A stretch of 64,000 bases of DNA from an uncultured Planctomycetia bacterium. GTDB lineage: Bacteria; Omnitrophota; Gorgyraeia; Velamenicoccales; Velamenicoccaceae. Both the position numbers and the translations under genes were made by a program. The stretch lies in the NCBI GenBank assembly GCA_964501505.1, contig CAZCSY010000001.1, positions 4,962 to 68,961 on the forward strand, given 5' to 3'. Shown piece after piece: positions 1-7,623 of the stretch; position 1 is the stretch's first letter; each line of letters opens with the position of its first letter. The notes beneath the pieces are model-generated. The model did not search any database. It was given only the letters and a program-made list of their open reading frames with translations, and was not told the DNA's origin.

Positions 1-1
1 G

Positions 2-136
2 GACCTCTCGGGACAGCGTCTGGCTGAGGAGATCATCCGGCAGGCCCGGCGCAAGGCGGCCGGTCGCATCAAGACGGACCCCGCGTGGTTTCGCGGGGCC
101 GAGGCCAGCGCCCGCTTTCTCGCGGGGGTGTCATGA
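2..136 (+). CDS. 3' end of an upstream gene running off the window (product unknown)
   Basis: Frame is open from the window edge (..RLAEEIIRQARRKAAGRIKTDPAWF..). Its TGA (134-136) overlaps the ATG at 133 of the next gene (ATGA coupling). Confidence 0.35.
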   Translation, partial: DLSGQRLAEEIIRQARRKAAGRIKTDPAWFRGAEASARFLAGVS

Positions 137-1173
137 CCGAGCCCGCGCGCCTGCCCACGCCGGCCCTGCGCAAGATCAATCTGGAGCTGACGCACCGCTG
201 CAACCTGCGGTGCTCTTTTTGTTTCATGGCGCATGCCGGTAAGCTCAACCGCAAGAAGAGGGAGATGTCGACGCGCGAGGTCCTGCACTTTATCGATCAG
301 GTGACGCAAAAGGTTCGCTTCTACCTGACCGGCGGGGAGCCGTTCTGCCGCAAGGATTGCTGCGCCATTATCGCCCACATCAAGGAGAGGGGGTTTGCCT
401 GCGGCGTCAACACCAACGGATTGCTTCTCGACGGGGCCACGGCGACGCACCTCGCCCGTATCGGACCGGACTTCGTCATCTTCTCGCTGCACGGCAGAGA
501 GCGTCTGCAGGATGCGATGAGCGCCCGCGCCGGCAGCTACCGGATGGTCGTGGCGAACATGAAGGCCTTCCTGCGTTGCCGCGAGAAGACCCAGGTCATC
601 CTGACGTGCACCCTGGGACCCGACAATTTTTCCGAGATGGAGGCGCTCGTCCGGCTGGCCGGGCGGTTGGGCGTCGACAGGATAATCTTTGAACACCTTC
701 AATTCGTGCGGGAGGCGGAGTTGCGGCAGCACCAGAAGGTCTGGCGTAGATATTTTAAGGGCACGGGCAGGCTCGTCACCCCTGTGATGGAGCCGGCGGC
801 GTCGCGCCGCGATCTGGCGCGGTTGACCCGCGGATTGCGCCGTCTGCGTTGCTATACCGTGCCGCCTCCGGAGATGCGGCCGGTGCTTACGCCGGAAGGT
901 TTCCGGCGCTGGTACGCGGACGTCTGCCGGCCCGCCGGGGTCTGTTCTTCGATCTGGGATACGATGGTGGTGGAGGCGGACGGCGATGTCAGGATGTGTC
1001 AGATATTTGATGTGGTCGTGGGAAACGTGCGGCGCCGGAACTATAACGAGATCTGGAAAGGGTCGCTCATGCAGAAGTGCCGCCGGGCCCTGATGGCGGA
1101 GGGCGGTGTGTTACCGGGGTGCGTGCGATGCTGTCAGCGCCTGGAAATATCTTTTTTGCCGAAGGATGTCTGA
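133..1173 (+). CDS. radical SAM protein with SPASM/twitch-like Cys-rich C-terminus
   Basis: CNLRCSFC (CxxxCxxC) near the N-terminus and a TGGEP motif. C-terminal CSSIW..DGDVRMCQ..GCVRCC. The ORF opens at 85, but ATG 133 is preferred because of the ATGA overlap with the upstream stop. Confidence 0.85.
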   Translation: MTEPARLPTPALRKINLELTHRCNLRCSFCFMAHAGKLNRKKREMSTREVLHFIDQVTQKVRFYLTGGEPFCRKDCCAIIAHIKERGFACGVNTNGLLLDGATATHLARIGPDFVIFSLHGRERLQDAMSARAGSYRMVVANMKAFLRCREKTQVILTCTLGPDNFSEMEALVRLAGRLGVDRIIFEHLQFVREAELRQHQKVWRRYFKGTGRLVTPVMEPAASRRDLARLTRGLRRLRCYTVPPPEMRPVLTPEGFRRWYADVCRPAGVCSSIWDTMVVEADGDVRMCQIFDVVVGNVRRRNYNEIWKGSLMQKCRRALMAEGGVLPGCVRCCQRLEISFLPKDV

Positions 1174-1878
1174 GAAGAGGACGGGGCGGCAGATCTTTTT
1201 TTTGAAGAGCATCTTGAGAAACCGCAGGTAGGACGCGAAGACCCTGAGGTTGGCCGCCGTCAGCGTCTCGTGGTGGAAAAAGACACCCACCAGCCGGTGG
1301 CGGTTGAGGGCCGACAGCGTCTGCTGGACGAGACTCGGCAGGACGAGGGGCAGGCATTTATAATGTTGCGTGTAGGTGTTGACGCTGACCTGGGCCGCCA
1401 GGTAGAGGAGGTCCGGCGGGCAGGGCAGGGGCTTTGCAGGGCCGGCGGCGAAGGCCTCAAACGGCCCCTCGGCGGCCGCCCGAAGCGTCCGGGCGTCGTA
1501 GCCGTGGAAGGGCGGGACGAAGGCGGGCACGAGACGTGAGCCTAATTTTTTGTTGAGCACCTGCCATCCCTTTTCCATGTCTTTTTTCTGGCGGGCGAAG
1601 GCCCGGCGGGGGCCGAATTCGTAGCGCTTGAGGCGGTGGCCGAAGTTCCGATGGGTCCACCCGTGCTGGACGACGTCAAAGGGGATCTTTTTTGCGGCCG
1701 GAGACCTGAGAAAGGTCACCAGCCTTTTTTTTATTCGTTGCGGGATCACGGCGTAGACGACAGGGATGTCTTTTTGCGCGCAGAGCTCGAATGCCGCGAG
1801 GAAGCGCGGCCGCGTGTCCGAGACGTCGTCGTCGCGCAGGAAGAGATAACGCGGACGATCCTTCAGGATTTCATCCAT
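1111..1878 (-). CDS. polysaccharide-deacetylase-like (DUF2334-type) protein
   Basis: LFLRDDDV and VVQHGWTHRNFG motifs resemble predicted deacetylases. The start overlaps the stop of the upstream minus-strand radical SAM gene. The 3' end overlaps the convergent + gene by 63 nt. Confidence 0.55.
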   Translation of the reverse strand: MDEILKDRPRYLFLRDDDVSDTRPRFLAAFELCAQKDIPVVYAVIPQRIKKRLVTFLRSPAAKKIPFDVVQHGWTHRNFGHRLKRYEFGPRRAFARQKKDMEKGWQVLNKKLGSRLVPAFVPPFHGYDARTLRAAAEGPFEAFAAGPAKPLPCPPDLLYLAAQVSVNTYTQHYKCLPLVLPSLVQQTLSALNRHRLVGVFFHHETLTAANLRVFASYLRFLKMLFKKKICRPVLFSDILRQKRYFQALTASHAPR

Positions 1879-3275
1879 GGGTCTCTGGCGAAGAAGGTCT
1901 TAAAGGCCTGCCGGGCCCAGAATCGGCTGCCGCCCCGGCACCTGAGCAGGTCCTCGCACCGGCGGCAGGCGGCCGGCAGATAGGCGAAGCCGCACAGGGT
2001 CTTGCGATAGGGATGTTGCCATGCCTTTTCGATCTCCCCGCCGCACGACACGTCGATAAAATAGCTGGGTTTGAAGACGCCCCGGGTGTCCCGCACGAGA
2101 CGGCTGTGGCCGTCGTCGAAATAGGCGCCGGTCAGGATGAGGTCTCTTTTGGTCTTGTCGGCGACGCTGCAGAAAGGCACGGGGTTGGCGACGGTAGCGA
2201 ACAGCCCCCGGCGGCCGAGCGACCAGAGCCGTCCGACGAGGCGGCTGATGTCTCGGGCCGTGACGTCATATTCTTTGTCGCTGGCAGCGTCCTTGCGGAC
2301 GATCATGGGCCGGAAGAGCTCCCAGCGCCTAATGCCCAGATCCTTGATGAGCCCGCTATAGGCGTCGAGGTGCTTGAGGAGCGTGCGCGAGATGACCGTG
2401 CCGCAGCGCAGGAGAGGGATGCCCGCCCTGACGAGCCGGCGGATGTGATCGGTCTTTTTCGCAAAGAGGCGGCCGCCGCGCGTGAGGCGTTCTTCGCTCG
2501 CGGCATCGTGTCCCTGGAGCGATATCAGGATGTTGTCGACGTACCGCGAGATGGCGCCGAGCATCTTTTCGGGCAGGACGGTGGCGTTGGTGTTTAACAG
2601 GACATAGAGATTTTTCTCCTTGGCATATTTTAAGAGCTCCGGCAGATCCGGCCGTAGCAGCGGCTCGCCTCCCGTCAACCGGATGTTCGGGATGCCCAGG
2701 CGGCGGGTTGCGTCGATGACCCCTTTTATCTCTTTCTTCGCCAGGGCGGTCGGCGATGCCTTTTTTGAAGCAAAACAGGCCCGGCAGCGGAGGTTGCACG
2801 TCGTGTTGACTTCGATGACGATCTCATTCGGCTGGTCGGGGACAGGGCGCAGAAAGGACAGAAGGTTTTCGTCACGCCGGGCGCCGGGCCGCGGCGCGGC
2901 GATACCGGGGCAGAATGTCTTGAGGTGACAGGCCTCGCAGAGAGCGATTCGGTTGTAGGCGTGCCTGCCCTTTCGCTCATAGACGACGTGGTCCCAGGCC
3001 TCCGGCAGAAAGCAGAAGGGGATGCCTTTGAGCCGGATCACGAACCAGTCCTCGAAGCCGTTGAGGAGCTTATAGAGGAGGAACTGGATGATCTCTTTGC
3101 GTCGTTGCGAGGCAAAGTCTTTGATGCCGACTTCGATGCGGCGCCTATCGGTCTCCAGGCGCCAGGAGGCGCCCAGGAGGACAAGGGCCCGGCGGATATG
3201 CTTCAAGACGGTCTCGGCAGTCACGGGACTCACGGAAGGATCCGGGATGCCGTTTTTCACCAGAGCGCTTTTCAT
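1863..3275 (-). CDS. radical SAM/SPASM-domain protein with ~160-aa N-terminal extension
   Basis: TTCNLRCRACF, TGGEPLL and a C-terminal CGGE..CGF..CRRCEDLLRCRGG region. ATG at 3275 (MKSALV) is chosen over the ORF opening at 3365 because a conserved leader and RBS lie immediately upstream. Confidence 0.85.
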   Translation of the reverse strand: MKSALVKNGIPDPSVSPVTAETVLKHIRRALVLLGASWRLETDRRRIEVGIKDFASQRRKEIIQFLLYKLLNGFEDWFVIRLKGIPFCFLPEAWDHVVYERKGRHAYNRIALCEACHLKTFCPGIAAPRPGARRDENLLSFLRPVPDQPNEIVIEVNTTCNLRCRACFASKKASPTALAKKEIKGVIDATRRLGIPNIRLTGGEPLLRPDLPELLKYAKEKNLYVLLNTNATVLPEKMLGAISRYVDNILISLQGHDAASEERLTRGGRLFAKKTDHIRRLVRAGIPLLRCGTVISRTLLKHLDAYSGLIKDLGIRRWELFRPMIVRKDAASDKEYDVTARDISRLVGRLWSLGRRGLFATVANPVPFCSVADKTKRDLILTGAYFDDGHSRLVRDTRGVFKPSYFIDVSCGGEIEKAWQHPYRKTLCGFAYLPAACRRCEDLLRCRGGSRFWARQAFKTFFARDPWMKS

Positions 3276-3402
3276 GGCAGGTCCCTTTTTTACTCGACAC
3301 CTCAGGCCTGGCGGTGCCGCTTGCGCGTCCCCGGCCCCGCCCCGCCTCTTGGCGGGACGCGCCAAACGGTCGGACTTCTTCGCCCGAGCAGCGCCTTACG
3401 CA
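3276..3402 (-). promoter_or_regulatory. conserved structured 5' leader, copy A (homologous to 11908-12021)
   Basis: The minus-strand sequence aligns with 11908-12021. A 30-nt core (3311-3340 vs 11961-11990) differs at 1 position, and similarity continues through gtcgag-A-run-RBS to the ATG. Confidence 0.5.
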
Positions 3403-3408
3403 GAAGGC

Positions 3409-3437
3409 ATCTTACACCGCACAGAGGGATTTTGCAA
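3409..3437 (-). promoter_or_regulatory. sigma70-like promoter for the minus-strand radical SAM arm
   Basis: On the minus strand: TTGCAA, 17 nt, TAAGAT, placed just upstream of leader copy A. Confidence 0.4.
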
Positions 3438-3475
3438 GCGGTCCGAGGCTCGTCAGGAGCACAGAGACAAGATGA

Positions 3476-3504
3476 TTGCCAACAGACCCATTCATTGCTA
3501 TAAT
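3476..3504 (+). promoter_or_regulatory. sigma70-like promoter of the hxs operon
   Basis: TTGCCA (3476-3481), 17-nt spacer, TATAAT (3499-3504). It lies ~145 nt upstream of the first operon gene. Confidence 0.5.
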
Positions 3505-3649
3505 TTAAGTCCAAGAGTGAAAGACTGTTGCGAAAAAACGGCTTATCCGCCGTTGTATTTTCAGTATAGCAAATTCCCTTTTCTTATTATATACTACTAA
3601 TAGACAAGGGAATTCCGTAAAGGACGGCCAAAAGGGAACAAGGAGGGTT

Positions 3650-4192
3650 ATGGGGCGGACTTTCTTTGGTTCGGAGTGGAAGGTGAGTTTTTTTGAGGCA
3701 TTGGCACTGTTTTTTCTTTTTGCCTTCGGCGCTTTTGTCTTCTACGGCTATTGCCAGGAAGAGCGCATCACCTTGACCACCTACTATCCAGCCCCCTTTG
3801 GTATTTACCGTGACCTGAACGTCACGCGCACCCTTAATATGTCGGTCGCCAACGCGACCAACCCCACCAACGGGATTTATTTTAACGGTCCGACCGGCGG
3901 CGCCATGATGCGCGGTTTTACCAACCAGTTGCGGATAGAAATAGCCAATGCGGCGGCCAACACCATCTATATGGGGTCCACCACTGGTTGCGGCGTGGTC
4001 CTCGGGAACGACGGCAACGTGTATGTGTGCGCGGATGTACTCGTGCATTCGAGCGGTCCCGGGCATGGCTGCTTCGTCGTGACGTATAGTTCGTTCAGCG
4101 GCATCACGGCATGCCCGGGCGGTTACACCGTGAACCTGGCGTTGTCGGGCGTGGCGACGACCACCGGCGGAGTATTTTTCTGCTGTAAGTAA
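3650..4192 (+). CDS. exported or membrane-anchored Cys-rich protein, no family recognised
   Basis: RBS aaggaggg. N-terminal hydrophobic helix FFEALALFFLFAFGAFVFYG. Gly/Thr/Asn-rich body with 7 Cys, ending in ..GGVFFCCK. Confidence 0.7.
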   Translation: MGRTFFGSEWKVSFFEALALFFLFAFGAFVFYGYCQEERITLTTYYPAPFGIYRDLNVTRTLNMSVANATNPTNGIYFNGPTGGAMMRGFTNQLRIEIANAAANTIYMGSTTGCGVVLGNDGNVYVCADVLVHSSGPGHGCFVVTYSSFSGITACPGGYTVNLALSGVATTTGGVFFCCK

Positions 4193-4197
4193 AAAAG

Positions 4198-4611
4198 ATG
4201 AGAGAATTCGTCTTAAGGGTCAGCGAAGACATCTATCCCGCGGAAGCGGTCTTGAACACCTGTTACCTTTTTCTGGAGCGCGCGTATTTTTTTGTGGAGC
4301 GGGAGAAAACAGGGATGAAGGTTCTGAAGATCCATATCCGGCCCAAAGAGAACGCCGGTGCCCCGCGGGCGCTCAAGGCTCTGCGCGGTGCGTTTTTGGA
4401 CGAGTTGGTCTATTCGTCTCTGCGCTGTACCCTGGCGCGCGAGAACCGCAAGATCCGGGAGTTTATCGTCGGCAGCGCGCTCTACGCGCAGGCCGGTTTT
4501 TCGAAGGACGAGCTTTTTTTGTCGCCGAGCGCCGACTACGAAGAGGATCCGCTGGGTATCGCCAAAACGCTGAAGAGGCGCCGTGGCAAGAAGACTTCGC
4601 AGACAATTTGA
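4198..4611 (+). CDS. hxsD: HxsD-like His-Xaa-Ser system protein
   Basis: Size, position next to the radical SAM pair and an FLDELVYSSLR..LARE segment resemble the LLNDYxLRE-type HxsD family. Assignment is by motif only. Confidence 0.6.
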   Translation: MREFVLRVSEDIYPAEAVLNTCYLFLERAYFFVEREKTGMKVLKIHIRPKENAGAPRALKALRGAFLDELVYSSLRCTLARENRKIREFIVGSALYAQAGFSKDELFLSPSADYEEDPLGIAKTLKRRRGKKTSQTI

Positions 4612-4612
4612 C

Positions 4613-4804
4613 ATGACGCTCTACAGGAAGGACGCCCTCCGGCGGGCCCTGGCGGCCTTCCGGGCATTCGCGGATTTCAGGGTGGTTCCCCTCCCGGGCG
4701 GTCGCATCGAGGTTGAGGTCCGCCGGTGTCCGACGGCCTATCGGCGCAGCATCCTGGATGAGTTCGCCAACTATCTCTTGGGGGCGACGTGGAAGGCGCA
4801 TTGA
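4613..4804 (+). CDS. small HxsD-like paralogue (63 aa)
   Basis: ATG lies 1 nt after the hxsD stop. ..RIEVEVRRCP..SILDEFANYLLGA echoes the HxsD C-terminal motif. The start is uncertain because the ORF also opens at GTG 4583. Confidence 0.5.
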   Translation: MTLYRKDALRRALAAFRAFADFRVVPLPGGRIEVEVRRCPTAYRRSILDEFANYLLGATWKAH

Positions 4805-6315
4805 GGCCGCCGCGGTTGGAGCGCAAGCGTGTCGGGTATTTCCGGTTCAAGAGGTTCAAGGACCGTTTTCTCTTGACCAATGATTTCGGGTACTTTATCT
4901 TTCTCTCTCGGCGTTCATTTCTTGCATTTGTGGAAGGGCGTTTCGAGGACCTCGACCCCGGGACGTTCCGGGAGTTGGAAGACAGGGGCATGGTCCGGGA
5001 CAAGATGTATCTGCCCCGGCTGATCAATAAGTTCGCGGCGAAGAATTTTTGCGGGCGCGGGCCGGATCTGCATATCGTCGTCGTCACCCTGCGGTGCACC
5101 CACCGTTGCGTGTATTGTCACGCCGGGGCGGCGGGGTTCGGTGAGCGGGGCGTGGACATGACGCGCGCGACGGCCCGCAAGACGCTTGACAAGATCTTCG
5201 AGACGCCGAGCAAGTACGTCACGATCGAGTTCCAGGGCGGCGAGCCGCTCTTGAATTTTGACGTCGTGCGCTTCATGATCCTGCGGGGTCTTGAGAAGAA
5301 CCGGACGGCCAAAAAGAACCTGAGCTTTTGCGTCGTCACGAATCTCTGGCCCATGACGGATGCGATCCTGGACTTTCTGGCGGCGCACAAGATTCAGATC
5401 TGCATGTCGTTGGACGGGCCCCGGACGCTGCACGACCGTCAGCGACCTCTCCTGAACGGCAGAGGGACACACCGGAACACGGTGGCGTGGCTCAAAAAGG
5501 TCAGAAAGCGGTACGCGAAGACGAAAGGTGTCCCCCTGCCGGGGGCGCTGCTGACGTTGACGCGGCTCTCTTTGAAATATCCCCGGCAGATCGTGGATGA
5601 GTACCTCCGGTGCGGCCTGAACAACATCCACCTGCGGCCCGTCAGTCCCTTCGGCATTTCGTCGGAGGCATGGCAGGATTACCGCCTCTCGTCCGCGGCC
5701 TTTCTTGAGTTTTATCGCAAGACCCTGGATTATATCCTGGCGCTCAACAAGAAGGGCGTGTTTTTCACGGAACGTTACGCCGCCATCTTCCTTTCTAAGA
5801 TCCTGACGGGCATCGATCCGGCCTTTCTGGACCTGCGGTCGCCCTGCGGGGCGGGGATCGGGCAGTTGGCGTATAATTACGATGGTGCCGTCTACACGTG
5901 CGACGAAGGCCGGATGCTGGGCCGGCGCGGCGATCCCAGTTTCCGGATTGCCGATATCGACGGGTTCTCCATCACGCGGCTGGGCGACAGTGAGGTCGTG
6001 CGGTCCGTCTGCACCGCGTCGTGCCTCGACGTCATTCCGGGGTGCGCGGACTGCGTGTACAAACCTTATTGCGGGACGTGCCCGGTTTATAACCATTTCA
6101 CAGGGGGGAGCATTTTTGGTCGGACGCCCTTTTTGTGCGAGATCTACACGGGCATCCTGGATATGTTATTCGAGAAGTTGAGCGAGCCGAGTACGGAGTC
6201 TCTCTTGCTGAGGTGGGTGGGAGCCACCAGAATCGGCGGCTCGCGGCCGACACGAGGTCGTCCGCAGGCGAAAAAGACGAACAAACGGGAAGATTTTTTA
6301 GAAGGGGAGGTGTAG
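4789..6315 (+). CDS. hxsB: radical SAM/SPASM maturase, HxsB-like
   Basis: RCTHRCVYCHA and FQGGEPLL motifs. SPASM-type C-terminus CGAG..YDGAVYTCDEG..CADCVYKPYCGTCP. N-terminal YFRFKRF..LLTNDFG extension. GTG start overlaps the previous gene. Confidence 0.8.
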   Translation: MEGALRPPRLERKRVGYFRFKRFKDRFLLTNDFGYFIFLSRRSFLAFVEGRFEDLDPGTFRELEDRGMVRDKMYLPRLINKFAAKNFCGRGPDLHIVVVTLRCTHRCVYCHAGAAGFGERGVDMTRATARKTLDKIFETPSKYVTIEFQGGEPLLNFDVVRFMILRGLEKNRTAKKNLSFCVVTNLWPMTDAILDFLAAHKIQICMSLDGPRTLHDRQRPLLNGRGTHRNTVAWLKKVRKRYAKTKGVPLPGALLTLTRLSLKYPRQIVDEYLRCGLNNIHLRPVSPFGISSEAWQDYRLSSAAFLEFYRKTLDYILALNKKGVFFTERYAAIFLSKILTGIDPAFLDLRSPCGAGIGQLAYNYDGAVYTCDEGRMLGRRGDPSFRIADIDGFSITRLGDSEVVRSVCTASCLDVIPGCADCVYKPYCGTCPVYNHFTGGSIFGRTPFLCEIYTGILDMLFEKLSEPSTESLLLRWVGATRIGGSRPTRGRPQAKKTNKREDFLEGEV

Positions 6316-6317
6316 CG

Positions 6318-6632
6318 ATGGCAAAGCAAAGGAAGAAGACCGCCGCATTGCCGCAGATCAAAAAGGAGATCAAAGACTTCCTCATGGACGAGGAAGGGAG
6401 GATCTCCAAAAAGGACATCGCCAAGCTGGGTCTGTCTCTGGCCGTCCTGGGATTCATGCTGCAGCCGGAGATCTCTCTGGCCCAGCACCATAATAACTAT
6501 ACGTCCCACATCAGTAGCTTTGCGGCTACGGGCCACCTGTCAACATCCAAGCACCAAAACACGCACTACAACCACTCAAACCACGGCAACCACTCCAACC
6601 ATTCCAGCCACTCCAACCACGGCAGTTATTAA
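6318..6632 (+). CDS. hxsA: His-repeat precursor peptide, HxsA-like (104 aa)
   Basis: RBS gaaggggagg. Lys-rich N-region, one hydrophobic helix (LGLSLAVLGFML) and a C-terminal tail with period-3 His: HSN HGN HSN HSS HSN HGS. It is embedded in track ORF 6135..6632. Confidence 0.8.
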   Translation: MAKQRKKTAALPQIKKEIKDFLMDEEGRISKKDIAKLGLSLAVLGFMLQPEISLAQHHNNYTSHISSFAATGHLSTSKHQNTHYNHSNHGNHSNHSSHSNHGSY

Positions 6633-6724
6633 TTGCTGGCGGGGTGCGTTGCGGGCGGACGTTTTTGTTAAGCCGGAAGAGAGGTAGGCTGTGCATGAGT
6701 TTGACTTTTTGACCTCCTTTTTTT

Positions 6725-7612
6725 ATGAATCGGCGTCTCGATCTGAAGGTCACCTACCAGTGCAATAACTTCTGTCGTCTCTGCGTGCAGGGCAACAAGC
6801 GCCGGCGCTTCCCCCGTCCCCCCCGCCTCGCCTATCTTAAAAAAATAATGGAGACCAAGCGCGCCACGTGCCGCGAGGTCATCTTCACCGGCGGGGAGCC
6901 GACGATCCGTCCGGATATCTTTGAGCTCATCGCATGTGCGAAGGGACTCGGGTATGAGGTTCAGATCCAGACGAACGGCCGCATGTTCGCCTACAGGGAT
7001 TTCGCGAAGAAGGTCGTCCGTATGGGCGTCGATTCGTTCGGCGTCTCCCTGCACGGCGCCGACGCCAAGACCCAGGATTTTCTGACACGCGTCCGGGGGA
7101 GCTTTAAACAGGTGACGCACGGCATCGCCAACCTTCTGGCCCTGAGGGCGGTCCTCTCCACGAACACCGTCATCAACAAATACAACTACCGTCAGCTCTT
7201 GAAGCTGGTGGACGTGCTTCATGATCTGGGTGTCGCGCAGTTCCAGCTCTCGTACCCCCACATCCTCGGCGAGGCGCGGCGCAACCGCAAGACGCTCGTC
7301 CTCAAAAAGTCCACCGTGGTCCCCTATATCCTGAAAGCCATCGAGAGGGGATTCGCGTACAACATGGTTCCCAAGGTCGAGGCTATCCCGGCGTGCCTCC
7401 TGGGTCCCTACAAAGACTGCTTGACCGACTGTGAAGTCCCGCATACCTGGGTGTGGGAGATGGCGGGGGCCAGGGATTTTACCGCTTGGTGCAAGGCAAA
7501 GGGAAAGGCGCATGGAGAGGTGTGCCGTTCCTGTCGGCTGGCGGGCGTCTGCGAGGGCCCATGGTGCGAGTACGTCACCCATTACGGCTGGGATGAGTTC
7601 CGCGCCCAGTAA
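6725..7612 (+). CDS. hxsC: radical SAM protein, HxsC-like
   Basis: YQCNNFCRLC lies 13 aa from the start, followed by TGGEPT. Cys-rich C-terminus (CLLGPYKDCLTDC..CRSCRLAGVCEGPWC). No obvious RBS. Confidence 0.75.
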   Translation: MNRRLDLKVTYQCNNFCRLCVQGNKRRRFPRPPRLAYLKKIMETKRATCREVIFTGGEPTIRPDIFELIACAKGLGYEVQIQTNGRMFAYRDFAKKVVRMGVDSFGVSLHGADAKTQDFLTRVRGSFKQVTHGIANLLALRAVLSTNTVINKYNYRQLLKLVDVLHDLGVAQFQLSYPHILGEARRNRKTLVLKKSTVVPYILKAIERGFAYNMVPKVEAIPACLLGPYKDCLTDCEVPHTWVWEMAGARDFTAWCKAKGKAHGEVCRSCRLAGVCEGPWCEYVTHYGWDEFRAQ

Positions 7613-7623
7613 ACGGTCTTTTC

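Noticed and set aside
85-132. N-terminal extension of the first radical SAM ORF (start at 85).
   Set aside because: The extension overlaps the end of the upstream gene. ATG 133 forms an ATGA stop/start overlap and leaves a normal distance to the CxxxCxxC motif.
2925-3600. Track ORFs 2925-3503 and 3088-3600 (+), and the 30-codon extension of the minus radical SAM ORF to 3365.
   Set aside because: They run through the divergent promoter region and the repeated leader element. Their shared peptide strings with ORFs near 11.9 kb are explained by the DNA repeat and not by protein homology.
3650-3760. Canonical type IV prepilin signal on the Cys-rich protein.
   Set aside because: A Gly at position 7 precedes a hydrophobic helix. 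However, the G-F-T-L-I-E consensus with Glu at +5 (and the Flp-type G-x4-E-Y consensus) is absent. This is kept only as a weak candidate A24 substrate.
4915-6096. 393-aa minus-strand ORF antisense to hxsB. Similar long antisense ORFs occur at 6668-7636, 7582-8751, 9563-10633, 14666-15727, 17411-18811, 21791-22831, 23309-24823, 24845-25795, 34851-35978, 40410-41426, 54400-55497, 55508-56542, 57164-58315, 60290-61801 and 61854-62639.
   Set aside because: Their translations are Arg/Pro/Gly/Asp/His-rich low-complexity strings with no recognisable motifs. The opposite strand carries clear family signatures in each case. Long stop-free antisense frames are expected in GC-rich DNA.
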